Shown here: piece by piece, positions 18,729 through 26,837 of the stretch
Numbering within the stretch: position 1 is the first letter of the stretch
Layout of the letters: every line of letters begins with the position of its first letter
Source of the DNA: an uncultured Dehalococcoidales bacterium
GTDB taxonomy: Bacteria; Chloroflexota; Dehalococcoidia; GIF9; AB-539-J10
DNA length: 38,099 nucleotides
Assembly: GCA_964401175.1 (NCBI GenBank)
Contig: CAYNXN010000001.1
Location: 1-38,099, forward strand
Reading direction: 5' to 3'
The notes under the pieces: model-generated
What the model was told of the DNA's origin: nothing
The model's database searches: none
The model's input: only the letters and a program-made list of their open reading frames with translations
Translations under genes and position numbers: made by a program

Positions 18729-20161
18729 TGCACCGCTCCGGCCAGCCTGGACGCGAGGCCATCTATCAATGGGCGTTTCGCCGGGTCCTGCAGGCTGAGG
18801 GTATTGGCGATGAGGCAGGCGCTCGAGCGGTAGATGACTTCGATGATCTTCAGACCGTTCTCCACAAGCGTCTTGCCCGTTTGGGTGTTATCGACCAAAA
18901 GATCCGCATCGTCGGGCAGAAACGCTTCACTGGATCCCCAGGTCGGCATCACACGGTACGAGCGGATGTGATTCTCGCGCAAGTACTTGTCAGCGATATT
19001 GGTATATTCAGATGCAACCCGCAGCGACTGGACATTGTGTTCCAGTAGATAGCGCCGCAACTCAGAAGTCGAGTTCACCGGTATGCTCTCGCTCAGTGCT
19101 GCGACGATCCGAACCTTGCCGAAACCAAGGTCAACCAGGTCGGTGACCGGGCTGCCCGGAAACGAGATCCGGTGCTCATGGAGCCAGTCCTGTCCGGTAA
19201 TGGCCACGTCGAAGTGCCCGCACGCCACCTGCAGCGGCATGTCCTGTGGACGTATAACCTTCACCGCAAGCCATTCATCGGCGCCGAGCAGGCGTCGCTC
19301 CACGGTGCGCCCTGCGTAGCCAGCCGCTTCGACTCCAGCTCGTTGCAGCAATTCCACTGCCGGAGTCTTCTGATGGCCGTCGGGCACAGCCAGACGAATT
19401 GACCGCCCCTGCCATTGTCTCATCAACTCCGGCGGCAAGCGTTGAGAGTCCTCTGCCGTGATCTCATCGTACGACACCGTGCCAGCGGCGAAGTAAGGTC
19501 GAAGCCGCCCCAGAACCTCTCCCATGGCCTTCCCGGAGATAGCCTGCGCGTTGCCGACAAGCAGAGCACGGACATCCATCATCTTCCTCAGCGGCGAGAG
19601 GCCGTGGGCTATCAAGTCACGCTCGCTCTTTGCCCAGACAAGAACCAGGTCGGCGGATTCGGGAGGATATGCCTCCGCCGCCCCCCAGATGGGAAAAACC
19701 TGGAACCGCCGCAATCTGAGTTGCGATGCCAGGATAGTAGCGAGACTCGGATATTCGGAGGCGATGCGGATGACCCTGTTGGCCTCGGAAACCGCGGCCA
19801 TGGTATTCAGGTCCGAGTGCACACTCGAGCAGAGATAAACCGCGCCGTCGGCGAAATCCAGCGGCGCTATCTCCACCAGGCCGGCCGTGGGGAAACGAGC
19901 CCTCAGTTCGCGTACCCAGTCGGCGCCGCAGATGCCGAGATCATAGTTGCCAACGGACACGTGCACCGAGATATCCCGTTCCTGCAGTACTTTGCCCGAG
20001 AGAAGGGGCAACGCGGACGAGTCAACTCGGTAGTGCCGTGACCTGGCGGTGTAATCGTCCAGCCCCAATCCCGCGGCGTGCAGCCTTTCAGCGGTCGGAT
20101 TGTGGAATCTGCCTTTGGGGAGTGCGAAGCGAATCGCCCCGGAGTCGGTATCAGCCGCCAT
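18725..20161 (-). CDS. hisG: ATP phosphoribosyltransferase, tandem fusion of two short-form HisG modules (478 aa)
   Basis: Single uninterrupted ORF. Residues ~10-205 and ~255-455 align with each other and with HisG-S: IRFALPKGR.../IRLAVPDGH..., RDISVHVSVGNYDLGICGADW/QDMPLQVACGHFDVAITGQDW, RIASEYPSLA/RVASEYTNIA. Only the second copy keeps the PRPP loop (DLLVDNTQTGKTLVENGL). Its position between hisZ and hisD supports the call. Confidence 0.85.
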   Translation of the reverse strand: MAADTDSGAIRFALPKGRFHNPTAERLHAAGLGLDDYTARSRHYRVDSSALPLLSGKVLQERDISVHVSVGNYDLGICGADWVRELRARFPTAGLVEIAPLDFADGAVYLCSSVHSDLNTMAAVSEANRVIRIASEYPSLATILASQLRLRRFQVFPIWGAAEAYPPESADLVLVWAKSERDLIAHGLSPLRKMMDVRALLVGNAQAISGKAMGEVLGRLRPYFAAGTVSYDEITAEDSQRLPPELMRQWQGRSIRLAVPDGHQKTPAVELLQRAGVEAAGYAGRTVERRLLGADEWLAVKVIRPQDMPLQVACGHFDVAITGQDWLHEHRISFPGSPVTDLVDLGFGKVRIVAALSESIPVNSTSELRRYLLEHNVQSLRVASEYTNIADKYLRENHIRSYRVMPTWGSSEAFLPDDADLLVDNTQTGKTLVENGLKIIEVIYRSSACLIANTLSLQDPAKRPLIDGLASRLAGAVQ

Positions 20162-20164
20162 AGC

Positions 20165-21424
20165 TCATGACAGCAGCCGCTCTATGGCCTCAGCCATGCA
20201 GCAGGTTGCCTCTTCCTTAGTCTCCATGTCACATACCTGCACATCGTCGGTCGATTGCGGCAGGATCCTCAGCACCCGCCTGAACCGTGCCGCAAATTCA
20301 GGCCCTCTGCGGATGCCGACGACAGCGACGCCACCGGCGGAGCGGACCGCGCGGGCGGCAGCGAGCGTACGGCGCAGTGAGTCAGGCGCGATGTCATCGC
20401 AAACCACTGCCACGCCGCTCGCCCTCAACGGCGCGCCTGAGAGCAGGCTCCCAAGCTGGTCGATATACAGCGCGAAACCACAGGCAGAAATGCTCGGACC
20501 GCCCAGCAGGGGGATAAGATCGTCATACCTTCCGCCACCACCAACCTTCTCCCCCGTCACAGATACCAGTTGGAAACACATGCCGGTGTAGTATTCGAAG
20601 CTGCGCACAGCCGTTATGTCAATTTCGTACCGGCATTCGAGATCGTCCAGCACCGTTGCCAGCTCGATGAATCCATCCAGGGCGGCTTCGAAACGTGCAT
20701 TTGCGTTGTTGGCAAGTGCCTTGATGTTGACAAGGAACCCGGCAGAAGTGCCCTTGAGGTCAAGCAGTGGCGAGAGGTAAGGTTTGGTCACGGAAACCTG
20801 GTTCACCGCGGAGCGCAATCCCTGCCAGTCGCCGTCGAGCACGGCATCCACAAGTTGCCGCCGAGGCTCATCCTCCAGTCCGAGTTCCTCAATCAACGCC
20901 TTCAGCAGGCCGGCATGGCAGATCTGCAGCCGAACGTTGTCAAGTGCGAGTCGCGCCAGGACGTCCCGGGCGAGCAGCACCATCTCGACGTCAGCAACGA
21001 TGGGCGCGCCACCTATGAACTCAGCGCCGCATTGCCAGCGTTCCCGTTGCTTCGTGCCGGTCTCCTCGAAGACGAAGCTGTTCGTCACGTAGAAGAGACG
21101 GCTGGGGACACGCGGAGAGAGATTCTCCACGTACAGCCGCGCAACGGGGATGGTGCTGTCCGGACGCAGAACCACACGTTCGCCCGTCCACCCGTCCCAG
21201 TCAAGGAACGAGTAGACCCTGCCGACCATCGCGGGCGTCAGGGTTCCAAGCGCGGTGAACAATTGGAGATACTCAATGGTAGGCGGCTTGACCTCTTCGT
21301 AACCGTATGCCGCGCACCCGTGCCGGAACGCGTCCTCGATTGCACGGAAGCGGGCCATGTCGGCAGGGAGCCAGTCGCGCATGCCGCGGCATTTCTGCTG
21401 AGTCGGTTCTTGTTGCTGTGTCAT
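20165..21424 (-). CDS. hisZ: ATP phosphoribosyltransferase regulatory subunit (HisRS paralog HisZ)
   Basis: Class II HisRS-like fold: RGMRDWLP, VLRPDSTIPVAR, GGGGRYDDL, ACGFALYIDQL. The catalytic motif 2 is degenerate (NSFVFEETGTKQRERWQCGAEFIGG instead of FRYE..PQ.GR.REF.Q). It lies directly upstream of hisG. Confidence 0.8.
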   Translation of the reverse strand: MTQQQEPTQQKCRGMRDWLPADMARFRAIEDAFRHGCAAYGYEEVKPPTIEYLQLFTALGTLTPAMVGRVYSFLDWDGWTGERVVLRPDSTIPVARLYVENLSPRVPSRLFYVTNSFVFEETGTKQRERWQCGAEFIGGAPIVADVEMVLLARDVLARLALDNVRLQICHAGLLKALIEELGLEDEPRRQLVDAVLDGDWQGLRSAVNQVSVTKPYLSPLLDLKGTSAGFLVNIKALANNANARFEAALDGFIELATVLDDLECRYEIDITAVRSFEYYTGMCFQLVSVTGEKVGGGGRYDDLIPLLGGPSISACGFALYIDQLGSLLSGAPLRASGVAVVCDDIAPDSLRRTLAAARAVRSAGGVAVVGIRRGPEFAARFRRVLRILPQSTDDVQVCDMETKEEATCCMAEAIERLLS

Positions 21425-21438
21425 CGCGTGGGATGACT

Positions 21439-21468
21439 ATTCTACACGACCCACGTTGCGGGGTCCAA
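21439..21468 (-). promoter_or_regulatory. putative sigma70-type promoter of the his operon
   Basis: On the minus strand: TTGGAC (21468-21463), 18-nt spacer, TAGAAT (21444-21439). The hisZ ATG is 14 nt downstream of the -10 and there is no SD between them. Confidence 0.45.
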
Positions 21469-21495
21469 CGACTGGAGGTGGAGTGGACGGTCACT

Positions 21496-21524
21496 TTGTA
21501 GCCTTAGCGTCGTTCGTCTATAAT
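21496..21524 (+). promoter_or_regulatory. putative sigma70-type promoter of the nfeD-stomatin operon
   Basis: TTGTAG (21496-21501), 17-nt spacer, consensus TATAAT (21519-21524). AGGAG SD and ATG 21547 follow. Confidence 0.5.
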
Positions 21525-21546
21525 CGCATCAGAAGGTTCAGGAGTC

Positions 21547-22860
21547 ATGCACAGAACCAGGATCGTGATATGTCTGCTCCTCGCCACCGGCGCCGTCGCG
21601 TCGCTCTGTGGAGGTGCGGCCTCTTCGGCTGCGCCGGACGCTTCAGTTGTCGTCATCGACGTTGAGGGCACAATCGTTCCCGTCGTCGCCCAGTACATCG
21701 AACGCGGTATCGAGCGCGCCGAGCAGACCGGAGCGACAGCGTGTGTCATCAAGCTGAACACCCCTGGTGGACTGCTCACGTCGACAGAAGACATAGTCTC
21801 ATCCATCATGAATGCGGACGTGCCAGTGATTGCGTATGTCAGTCCGAAAGGCGCATGGGCAGCATCCGCCGGTACATTCATCGCCCTCGCATCCCACGTT
21901 GCTGTGATGACACCCGGGACCACTATCGGCGCGGCCCATCCCGTCTCCGGCGACGGTCAGGAGATCCCCGACTATCAGATGGAGAAGATCGTGGAGTTCT
22001 CGGCGAAATGGATGCGGACGATCGCGGAGGATAGGAACCGGAATATCGACGAGGCAGTGCTCGCGGTGACCGAGAGCAAATCCTTCACCGATACCCAGGC
22101 GCTGGAGTCCAACCTCGTCGACCTGCGGGCGGAATCGCTGGAATCGCTGCTGGACGCAGTAGACGGCAAAGAGATACGGCTTGCGAGCGGTCGCACGGTT
22201 GTACTGCAGACGAAGGGCGCCGACGTCGTCGAGGTCGATATGACCGGCCTTGAGGGATTCCTGCATGCGCTTACTGATCCAAACGTCGCGTACATCCTGT
22301 TTACGCTGGCCACCATTGGCCTGATCACTGAGATATCGAGTCCCGGTCTGATCTTCCCCGGTGTGGTGGGCGTCATTTGTCTGATTCTGGCCTTCTACGC
22401 ACTTGGAGTGCTCGACGCCTACTGGGGCGGCATCGCACTGATGCTCATTGCCGTGGGCCTCTTCGTCGCTGAGTACTTCACCACGTCCTTCGGTGGACTC
22501 ACCGCCGGAGGCGTTGCCGCACTGGTTCTCGGTTCGATTATTCTCTTCAGCAGGACGCCGGGCGTGGAAGTCGACCGAGGCTTGATTATCGGCGTCGCCA
22601 CGGGCGCAACCCTCTTCTCCATCTTCATTCTCGGTGCGGTGATTCGGGGACAGCGCAGGCCGAAAGCCACAGGTAGCGAGGGGATGATCGGTACGACGGC
22701 CGTCGCCAGGACTCCTCTGACGCCGCACGGTACGGTGCTGGCCGAGGGCGAACTGTGGTCAGCCGTCGCAGAAGATGATGCAGTCGCCGCCGGAGAGGAA
22801 GTAACCATAATCGGTGTCGATCACCTGCTGTTGCGCGTTCGAAAGCGTGCGTCCCAATGA
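21547..22860 (+). CDS. NfeD-family membrane-bound serine protease (ClpP-like domain + TM segments + C-terminal OB domain)
   Basis: Signal/TM N-terminus, then a ClpP-class domain (KLNTPGGLL, AWAASAGTFIAL with the candidate Ser), then 4-5 hydrophobic helices. C-terminal NfeD OB motif: GTVLAEGELWSAVAEDD...VTIIGVD. Confidence 0.85.
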   Translation: MHRTRIVICLLLATGAVASLCGGAASSAAPDASVVVIDVEGTIVPVVAQYIERGIERAEQTGATACVIKLNTPGGLLTSTEDIVSSIMNADVPVIAYVSPKGAWAASAGTFIALASHVAVMTPGTTIGAAHPVSGDGQEIPDYQMEKIVEFSAKWMRTIAEDRNRNIDEAVLAVTESKSFTDTQALESNLVDLRAESLESLLDAVDGKEIRLASGRTVVLQTKGADVVEVDMTGLEGFLHALTDPNVAYILFTLATIGLITEISSPGLIFPGVVGVICLILAFYALGVLDAYWGGIALMLIAVGLFVAEYFTTSFGGLTAGGVAALVLGSIILFSRTPGVEVDRGLIIGVATGATLFSIFILGAVIRGQRRPKATGSEGMIGTTAVARTPLTPHGTVLAEGELWSAVAEDDAVAAGEEVTIIGVDHLLLRVRKRASQ

Positions 22861-22870
22861 GGTGCTGCGC

Positions 22871-23170
22871 ATGATTGTGGACTACTCGTTGTTCACGGGA
22901 CCAGCGCTGATACTTGGTATTGTGCTGGCCTGCCTGCTCGTGGTTTCGGTGGTCGCTGTCGTTCGCAGCCAGCGGCGTGCGGCTTCGACGGGCAGAGAGA
23001 CCATGGTGGGGCGATCCGCTGTTGTACAGACCACGCTTGATCCCGACGGTACAGTATTGATGGACGGTGAACTATGGCACGCCACAGTGCGAGAGGGATC
23101 CGTTCAGCCCGGTGCTCGCGTTACGGTGGCTGCCGTCGAAGGGTTGACCCTGATGGTCAAGAAGAACTAG
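22871..23170 (+). CDS. short NfeD-like protein (TM anchor + OB domain)
   Basis: Track ORF starts at 22814. ATG 22871 is preceded by GAGGTG. One TM helix, then GRSAVVQTTLDPDGTVLMDGELWHATVREG...VTVAAVEGLTLMV, paralogous to the C-terminus of the upstream protein. Confidence 0.7.
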   Translation: MIVDYSLFTGPALILGIVLACLLVVSVVAVVRSQRRAASTGRETMVGRSAVVQTTLDPDGTVLMDGELWHATVREGSVQPGARVTVAAVEGLTLMVKKN

Positions 23171-23180
23171 GAGGTGCTGG

Positions 23181-23954
23181 ATGCTATATGCCGGTTGGAT
23201 TCTCTACCTGTTCGTCGCGCTCATCGTAGTCATGATTCTCTCTGCAGCCCTCAAGATTGTGCAGGAGTATGAGCGTGCCGGTGTCTTCAGGCTCGGGCGT
23301 TTCGTGGGGTTGCGTGGCCCGGGGTTGGTCATCATCATCCCGTTCATCGAGCGCATACGCAAGATTGACCTCAGGGTCGTCACCATGGATGTGCCCCAGC
23401 AGGAATGCATCACGATGGACAACGTGACGGTCACAGTGGATGCCGTCATCTACTTCCGGGTGGTGGAACCCGCGGATGCAATACTGAAGGTGCTCGACTA
23501 CGTTCGCGCCACGTCATTGCTGGCGCAGACCACACTTCGAAACACGGTCGGCCAGTCTGAGCTGGACGATGTCCTGGCACATCGCGAACGGCTGAATGAG
23601 AAGATACAGGCGATCGTCGATGAGGGCACCAACCCGTGGGGCGTGAAAGTCAGCCTGGTCGAAATCAAGGATGTCCAACTGCCCGACAGCATGCAACGCT
23701 CGATGGCCGCACAGGCTGAAGCTGAGCGGGATCGCCGCGCCAAGGTTGTACACGCCGAGGGAGAGTATCAGGCGGCAGAGAAGCTGGCCAAGGCGGCGGA
23801 GCTCATCGGTGCCCAGCCAGCGGCCATTCATCTGCGCTACCTGCAGGCGATGACTGCCATCGCGACAGAGAAGACCAACACCATTCTGTTCCCCATGCCA
23901 CTGGACTTCATGAAGGCCTTCATAGATCTCTCCCAGCAGGCCAAGAGCAAGTAG
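23181..23954 (+). CDS. SPFH/band-7 stomatin-like protein
   Basis: N-terminal TM helix, then KIVQEYERAGVFRLGRF, ITMDNVTVTVDAVIYFRV, SLVEIKDVQLP, and a coiled AEAERDRRAKV region. AGGAGGTG lies upstream. Confidence 0.9.
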   Translation: MLYAGWILYLFVALIVVMILSAALKIVQEYERAGVFRLGRFVGLRGPGLVIIIPFIERIRKIDLRVVTMDVPQQECITMDNVTVTVDAVIYFRVVEPADAILKVLDYVRATSLLAQTTLRNTVGQSELDDVLAHRERLNEKIQAIVDEGTNPWGVKVSLVEIKDVQLPDSMQRSMAAQAEAERDRRAKVVHAEGEYQAAEKLAKAAELIGAQPAAIHLRYLQAMTAIATEKTNTILFPMPLDFMKAFIDLSQQAKSK

Positions 23955-23981
23955 CGGGCAGCAACAACTGAAGACCATGCG

Positions 23982-24032
23982 ACGGGGGCCGTCTTGACGG
24001 CCCCCGTTCCCTGTCGACAAGAGACCGACAGG
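23982..24032. terminator. two adjacent GC-rich hairpins between convergent stomatin and pyrD genes (candidate bidirectional terminator)
   Basis: ACGGGGGCCG-TCTTGA-CGGCCCCCGT (10-bp perfect stem, 23982-24007), followed by CCTGTCG-ACAAGAGAC-CGACAGG (7-bp stem, 24010-24032). No clear U-tract. Confidence 0.5.
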
Positions 24033-24035
24033 CGG

Positions 24036-24965
24036 CTAGACCACACCCCGAATATCCATCACAGCAGCCACGTCGTGCTCGCGCAGGAACTGAGAAAGCC
24101 CGTCAACTATGGTGGCCATGGTATGCGCATCGATGAGACTGCCCGTGCCGACCTGAATGGCTGTCGCCCCGGCCATGATGAATTCAACGGCATCGGCAGG
24201 CCCGGCGATGCCTCCGCAACCGATTATCGGCACCGCGACCGCTTGCGCTACGCGCTGCACCAGGTGAAGAGCCACGGGCTTGATGGCGGGACCGGAAAGC
24301 CCGCCGGAGGGGCGGCCGAGGCGAAACGCACGGCGCTCAATATCGATAGCAGTGCCGCGAAGGGTGTTCGCCACGCAGAGTGCGTCAGCCCCAGCAGCGA
24401 CGACCGCCTTCGCAATGGGAACAATGTCGGTCACGTTCGGGCTGAGTTTCACAATCAGCGGGAGCGTTGTTGCGCCACGCACCGTCGAGGTCACGGCTGC
24501 CGCGGAGACCGAATCCGTACCGAACTCAAGACCTCCGTGTTCAACGTTAGGGCAACTGATGTTCAACTCGATCGCCGCCACCCCTGGCACGTGTTGGAGA
24601 CGACGGGCCACCGTGACGTACTCCTCGGTTGTGTGACCGGCGATGTTCACGATCACCGGCACCTTCCACCGGGCCCACAGCGGCGCTTTCTCCCGTATCG
24701 CCGCATCGACGCCGATATTCTCCAGGCCAATGGAGTTGAGCAGTCCGGAAGCCGTCTCCCAGAGACGCGGTTGCGGGTTGCCCTCCCACGGGGTTGCGGT
24801 GATGCCCTTGGTCACAATGGCGCCCAGGCGTTCGACGTCCACCAGATCACCGTATTCCGTGCCGTATCCGAATGTACCGGATGCGGGCATGACCGGGTTC
24901 AGCAGTCGCAATCCCGGTTGGCGGCCGGGCGTCAGATCTACAGCAAGACATGGTGCGGTCTCCAT
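24036..24965 (-). CDS. pyrD: dihydroorotate dehydrogenase, class 1 catalytic subunit
   Basis: LLNPVMPASGTFGYG, GLLNSIGLEN, AIELNISCPN, GGLSGPAIKPVAL, IIGCGGI. No pyrK-like partner is adjacent. Confidence 0.9.
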   Translation of the reverse strand: METAPCLAVDLTPGRQPGLRLLNPVMPASGTFGYGTEYGDLVDVERLGAIVTKGITATPWEGNPQPRLWETASGLLNSIGLENIGVDAAIREKAPLWARWKVPVIVNIAGHTTEEYVTVARRLQHVPGVAAIELNISCPNVEHGGLEFGTDSVSAAAVTSTVRGATTLPLIVKLSPNVTDIVPIAKAVVAAGADALCVANTLRGTAIDIERRAFRLGRPSGGLSGPAIKPVALHLVQRVAQAVAVPIIGCGGIAGPADAVEFIMAGATAIQVGTGSLIDAHTMATIVDGLSQFLREHDVAAVMDIRGVV

Positions 24966-24974
24966 AGTGGTGGA

Positions 24975-24983
24975 ATTATGGCA
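24975..24983 (-). promoter_or_regulatory. putative extended -10 element for pyrD (leaderless-type spacing)
   Basis: Minus strand reads TGCCATAAT, then 9 nt (TCCACCACT), then the pyrD ATG. No SD. Confidence 0.35.
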
Positions 24984-25021
24984 ATCACTCAGTCACTAAG
25001 CAACACAGCACGTGCGCCCGG

Positions 25022-25030
25022 TGCTACAAT
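25022..25030 (+). promoter_or_regulatory. putative extended -10 element for rimI (leaderless-type spacing)
   Basis: TGCTACAAT, then 8 nt (GGCGCCCC), then ATG 25039. No SD. Confidence 0.4.
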
Positions 25031-25038
25031 GGCGCCCC

Positions 25039-25707
25039 ATGGGGACCGTTGCCTGTCTCTTCAGGCCGATGGCCGAGGCCGACATCCCGCAGGTCTATGC
25101 CATCGACCACGAAGCCTTCCCCGCCGAGTCGCTCTTCCGTCCCTACTCCAGCTACGGTCGTGAATTGCAGAACGCCATGGCGCACTACGTCGTCGGCTGC
25201 GTGCCCTGCAACCGGCGCACGAAAGAGCTCAAACGGGCCTGGGCTCGCCGTCTCCTCGCCGCGTTGCATGATGCGTCGGGTCAGCATGCCATGCCTGCCG
25301 AACTGCTGGTTGGCTTCGCGGGCTTCTGGATGATGCTCGACGAGGCTCACATCATTGCCATCGCTGTGCGAGACCCCTTCCGCGGCCAGGGCATAGGCCA
25401 GGGATTGCTGCTCTCCGTCGTCGATATGGCGGCCAAATTGCAGGCCGATGTCGTGACGCTTGAGGTTCGCGAAAGCAACCATGTGGCGCGTGAGATGTAC
25501 CTCAAGTTCGGTTTCCGGGTGGTTGGGGACAGACCGCGCTACTACTCGGACAATCAGGAGACTGCCGTCCTCATGAGTCTGGAGAGGCTGCAGTCACACG
25601 AGACGCAGGCGCAACTCGCCCGCCTGAGAAGCGAGCTTCTCTGCCGAGAATGCCTCGCCCAGCCCATCACTGTTCCGGACGAGATACTGGCGGAAACGCT
25701 TGACTAG
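25039..25707 (+). CDS. rimI: GNAT N-acetyltransferase, RimI-like (ribosomal-protein-alanine acetyltransferase)
   Basis: IRPMAEADIPQVYAIDHEAF, IIAIAVRDPFRGQGIGQGLL (acetyl-CoA Q/RxxGxG/A loop), TLEVRESNHVAREMYLKFGF. The start is uncertain: GTG 25012 in the track or ATG 25039. Confidence 0.75.
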   Translation: MGTVACLFRPMAEADIPQVYAIDHEAFPAESLFRPYSSYGRELQNAMAHYVVGCVPCNRRTKELKRAWARRLLAALHDASGQHAMPAELLVGFAGFWMMLDEAHIIAIAVRDPFRGQGIGQGLLLSVVDMAAKLQADVVTLEVRESNHVAREMYLKFGFRVVGDRPRYYSDNQETAVLMSLERLQSHETQAQLARLRSELLCRECLAQPITVPDEILAETLD

Positions 25708-26837
25708 CGGTACTTGTCCAGGGTGTCCTGGAAGGCTTGAACTACCTGCTCCAGCTGCTCGCGACTGGCCGCAAACGTCGAGAGTTCGAGCGCTTTGGTC
25801 TGACCGGGCTTGATGCCCCAGATGCCGCGTGTCTCCATCTCCTTGTAGAGATAGTAGCCCCGCTCCCTCACTCGCTGCGAGATGTCGTACAGGGCAGTGG
25901 TCTCAAACACCATCAGGTCGTGTCGATGTGGTTTCTCACCGAGCTGTCGAAAACCGAGTGACTCCATGGCCGTGGAGAACCACTGCGCTTTGGCCACCTG
26001 TTCATCCCAGTGATTCACTCTCTCGACCACGGCCGGGAACGAGGCCATCAACGTGGCCAGGGTCACGCCACGAATCGTGCAGCCGAGGCATTCAATCTCC
26101 TTCGTCTTGTGCAGGGCCGAGCGGCGCAGCACCATGTCCTGCCACTTCGCCCTCATGCCCAGGACACCTGATGGACCGGCGGCAGCCATACTCTTATGAC
26201 CGCTGCCGATGATGAAATCGGCGTGCAGCGCAGACATCTTCACCGGCATGCGGCCCACCGCGTAGGCGCCGTTTATGACGTACGGCACCTCGTGCTGCGC
26301 GCAGATCTCACCGAGACGGGCGGCATCAGCCAGGTTCCCGAACCGGCCATCCGGATATGTCAGTATGACGAGACTCGGCCTGTGCTCACGGATGAGAGGC
26401 TCATACAACTCAACGTCGATGACGTAGCCAGGGTGGCCGGAGTTGGCCACCGGAATCAGCTCCACGCCAACCCGTTCCGCCGCCACAGCCGTGCTGTAGT
26501 GCCGGTTGCCATCAACCAGCACGGTGTCGCCCGGCTTCGCAAGCGAGTGAATGATCATGAACATGCCATCACGAGCGCCGTAGGTAAGGGTGGCGCTATC
26601 GCTGCCAAGAAACTCCGGAAGAAGCTCCGTGACGAACTGCCGTACAGGGGGGTTCGGGATATCAACGAGCCTGCCCTGACAGAAGTCGCAGATGGAATAG
26701 CCATCACCGAATTCAACCAGTGCGCTCCGTGCCGCCTCGGTCAGAATGCTCCCCGTCTGCAGCGGCATGACGTTGATCATGTCGCGGTGCGGGCGGCTGA
26801 GGGTCGTCAGCTTGTCAAGGTCAGCCTGCTGTGCCAT
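25704..26837 (-). CDS. pscS: O-phospho-L-seryl-tRNA:Cys-tRNA synthase (SepCysS)
   Basis: 377 aa, collinear with archaeal SepCysS. INVMPLQTGSILTEAAR, DGYSICDFCQGRL (Cys pair), GNRHYS, INGAYAVGRMPV, GSGHKSMAAAGPSGVL (PLP Lys), ECLGCTIRG (third Cys). The start overlaps the sepS stop by 17 nt. Confidence 0.88.
   Translation of the reverse strand: MAQQADLDKLTTLSRPHRDMINVMPLQTGSILTEAARSALVEFGDGYSICDFCQGRLVDIPNPPVRQFVTELLPEFLGSDSATLTYGARDGMFMIIHSLAKPGDTVLVDGNRHYSTAVAAERVGVELIPVANSGHPGYVIDVELYEPLIREHRPSLVILTYPDGRFGNLADAARLGEICAQHEVPYVINGAYAVGRMPVKMSALHADFIIGSGHKSMAAAGPSGVLGMRAKWQDMVLRRSALHKTKEIECLGCTIRGVTLATLMASFPAVVERVNHWDEQVAKAQWFSTAMESLGFRQLGEKPHRHDLMVFETTALYDISQRVRERGYYLYKEMETRGIWGIKPGQTKALELSTFAASREQLEQVVQAFQDTLDKYR

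Noticed and set aside
25021-25035. 15-nt identity (GTGCTACAATGGCGC) to a conserved 16S rRNA segment as I remember it from E. coli
   Set aside because: There is no further 16S similarity on either side, and the sequence lies in a 73-nt spacer between two protein genes. It is interpreted as a -10 promoter element.
23994-25163. 389-aa plus-strand ORF over pyrD. Similar antisense ORFs exist over guaA (8809..9546), sepS (27394..28347), uvrC (30356..31651), the LacD-like gene (13508..14263), hisZ (20570..21436) and the lipoprotein gene (37115..37780)
   Set aside because: All are opposite genes with clear family signatures and show no domain motifs themselves.
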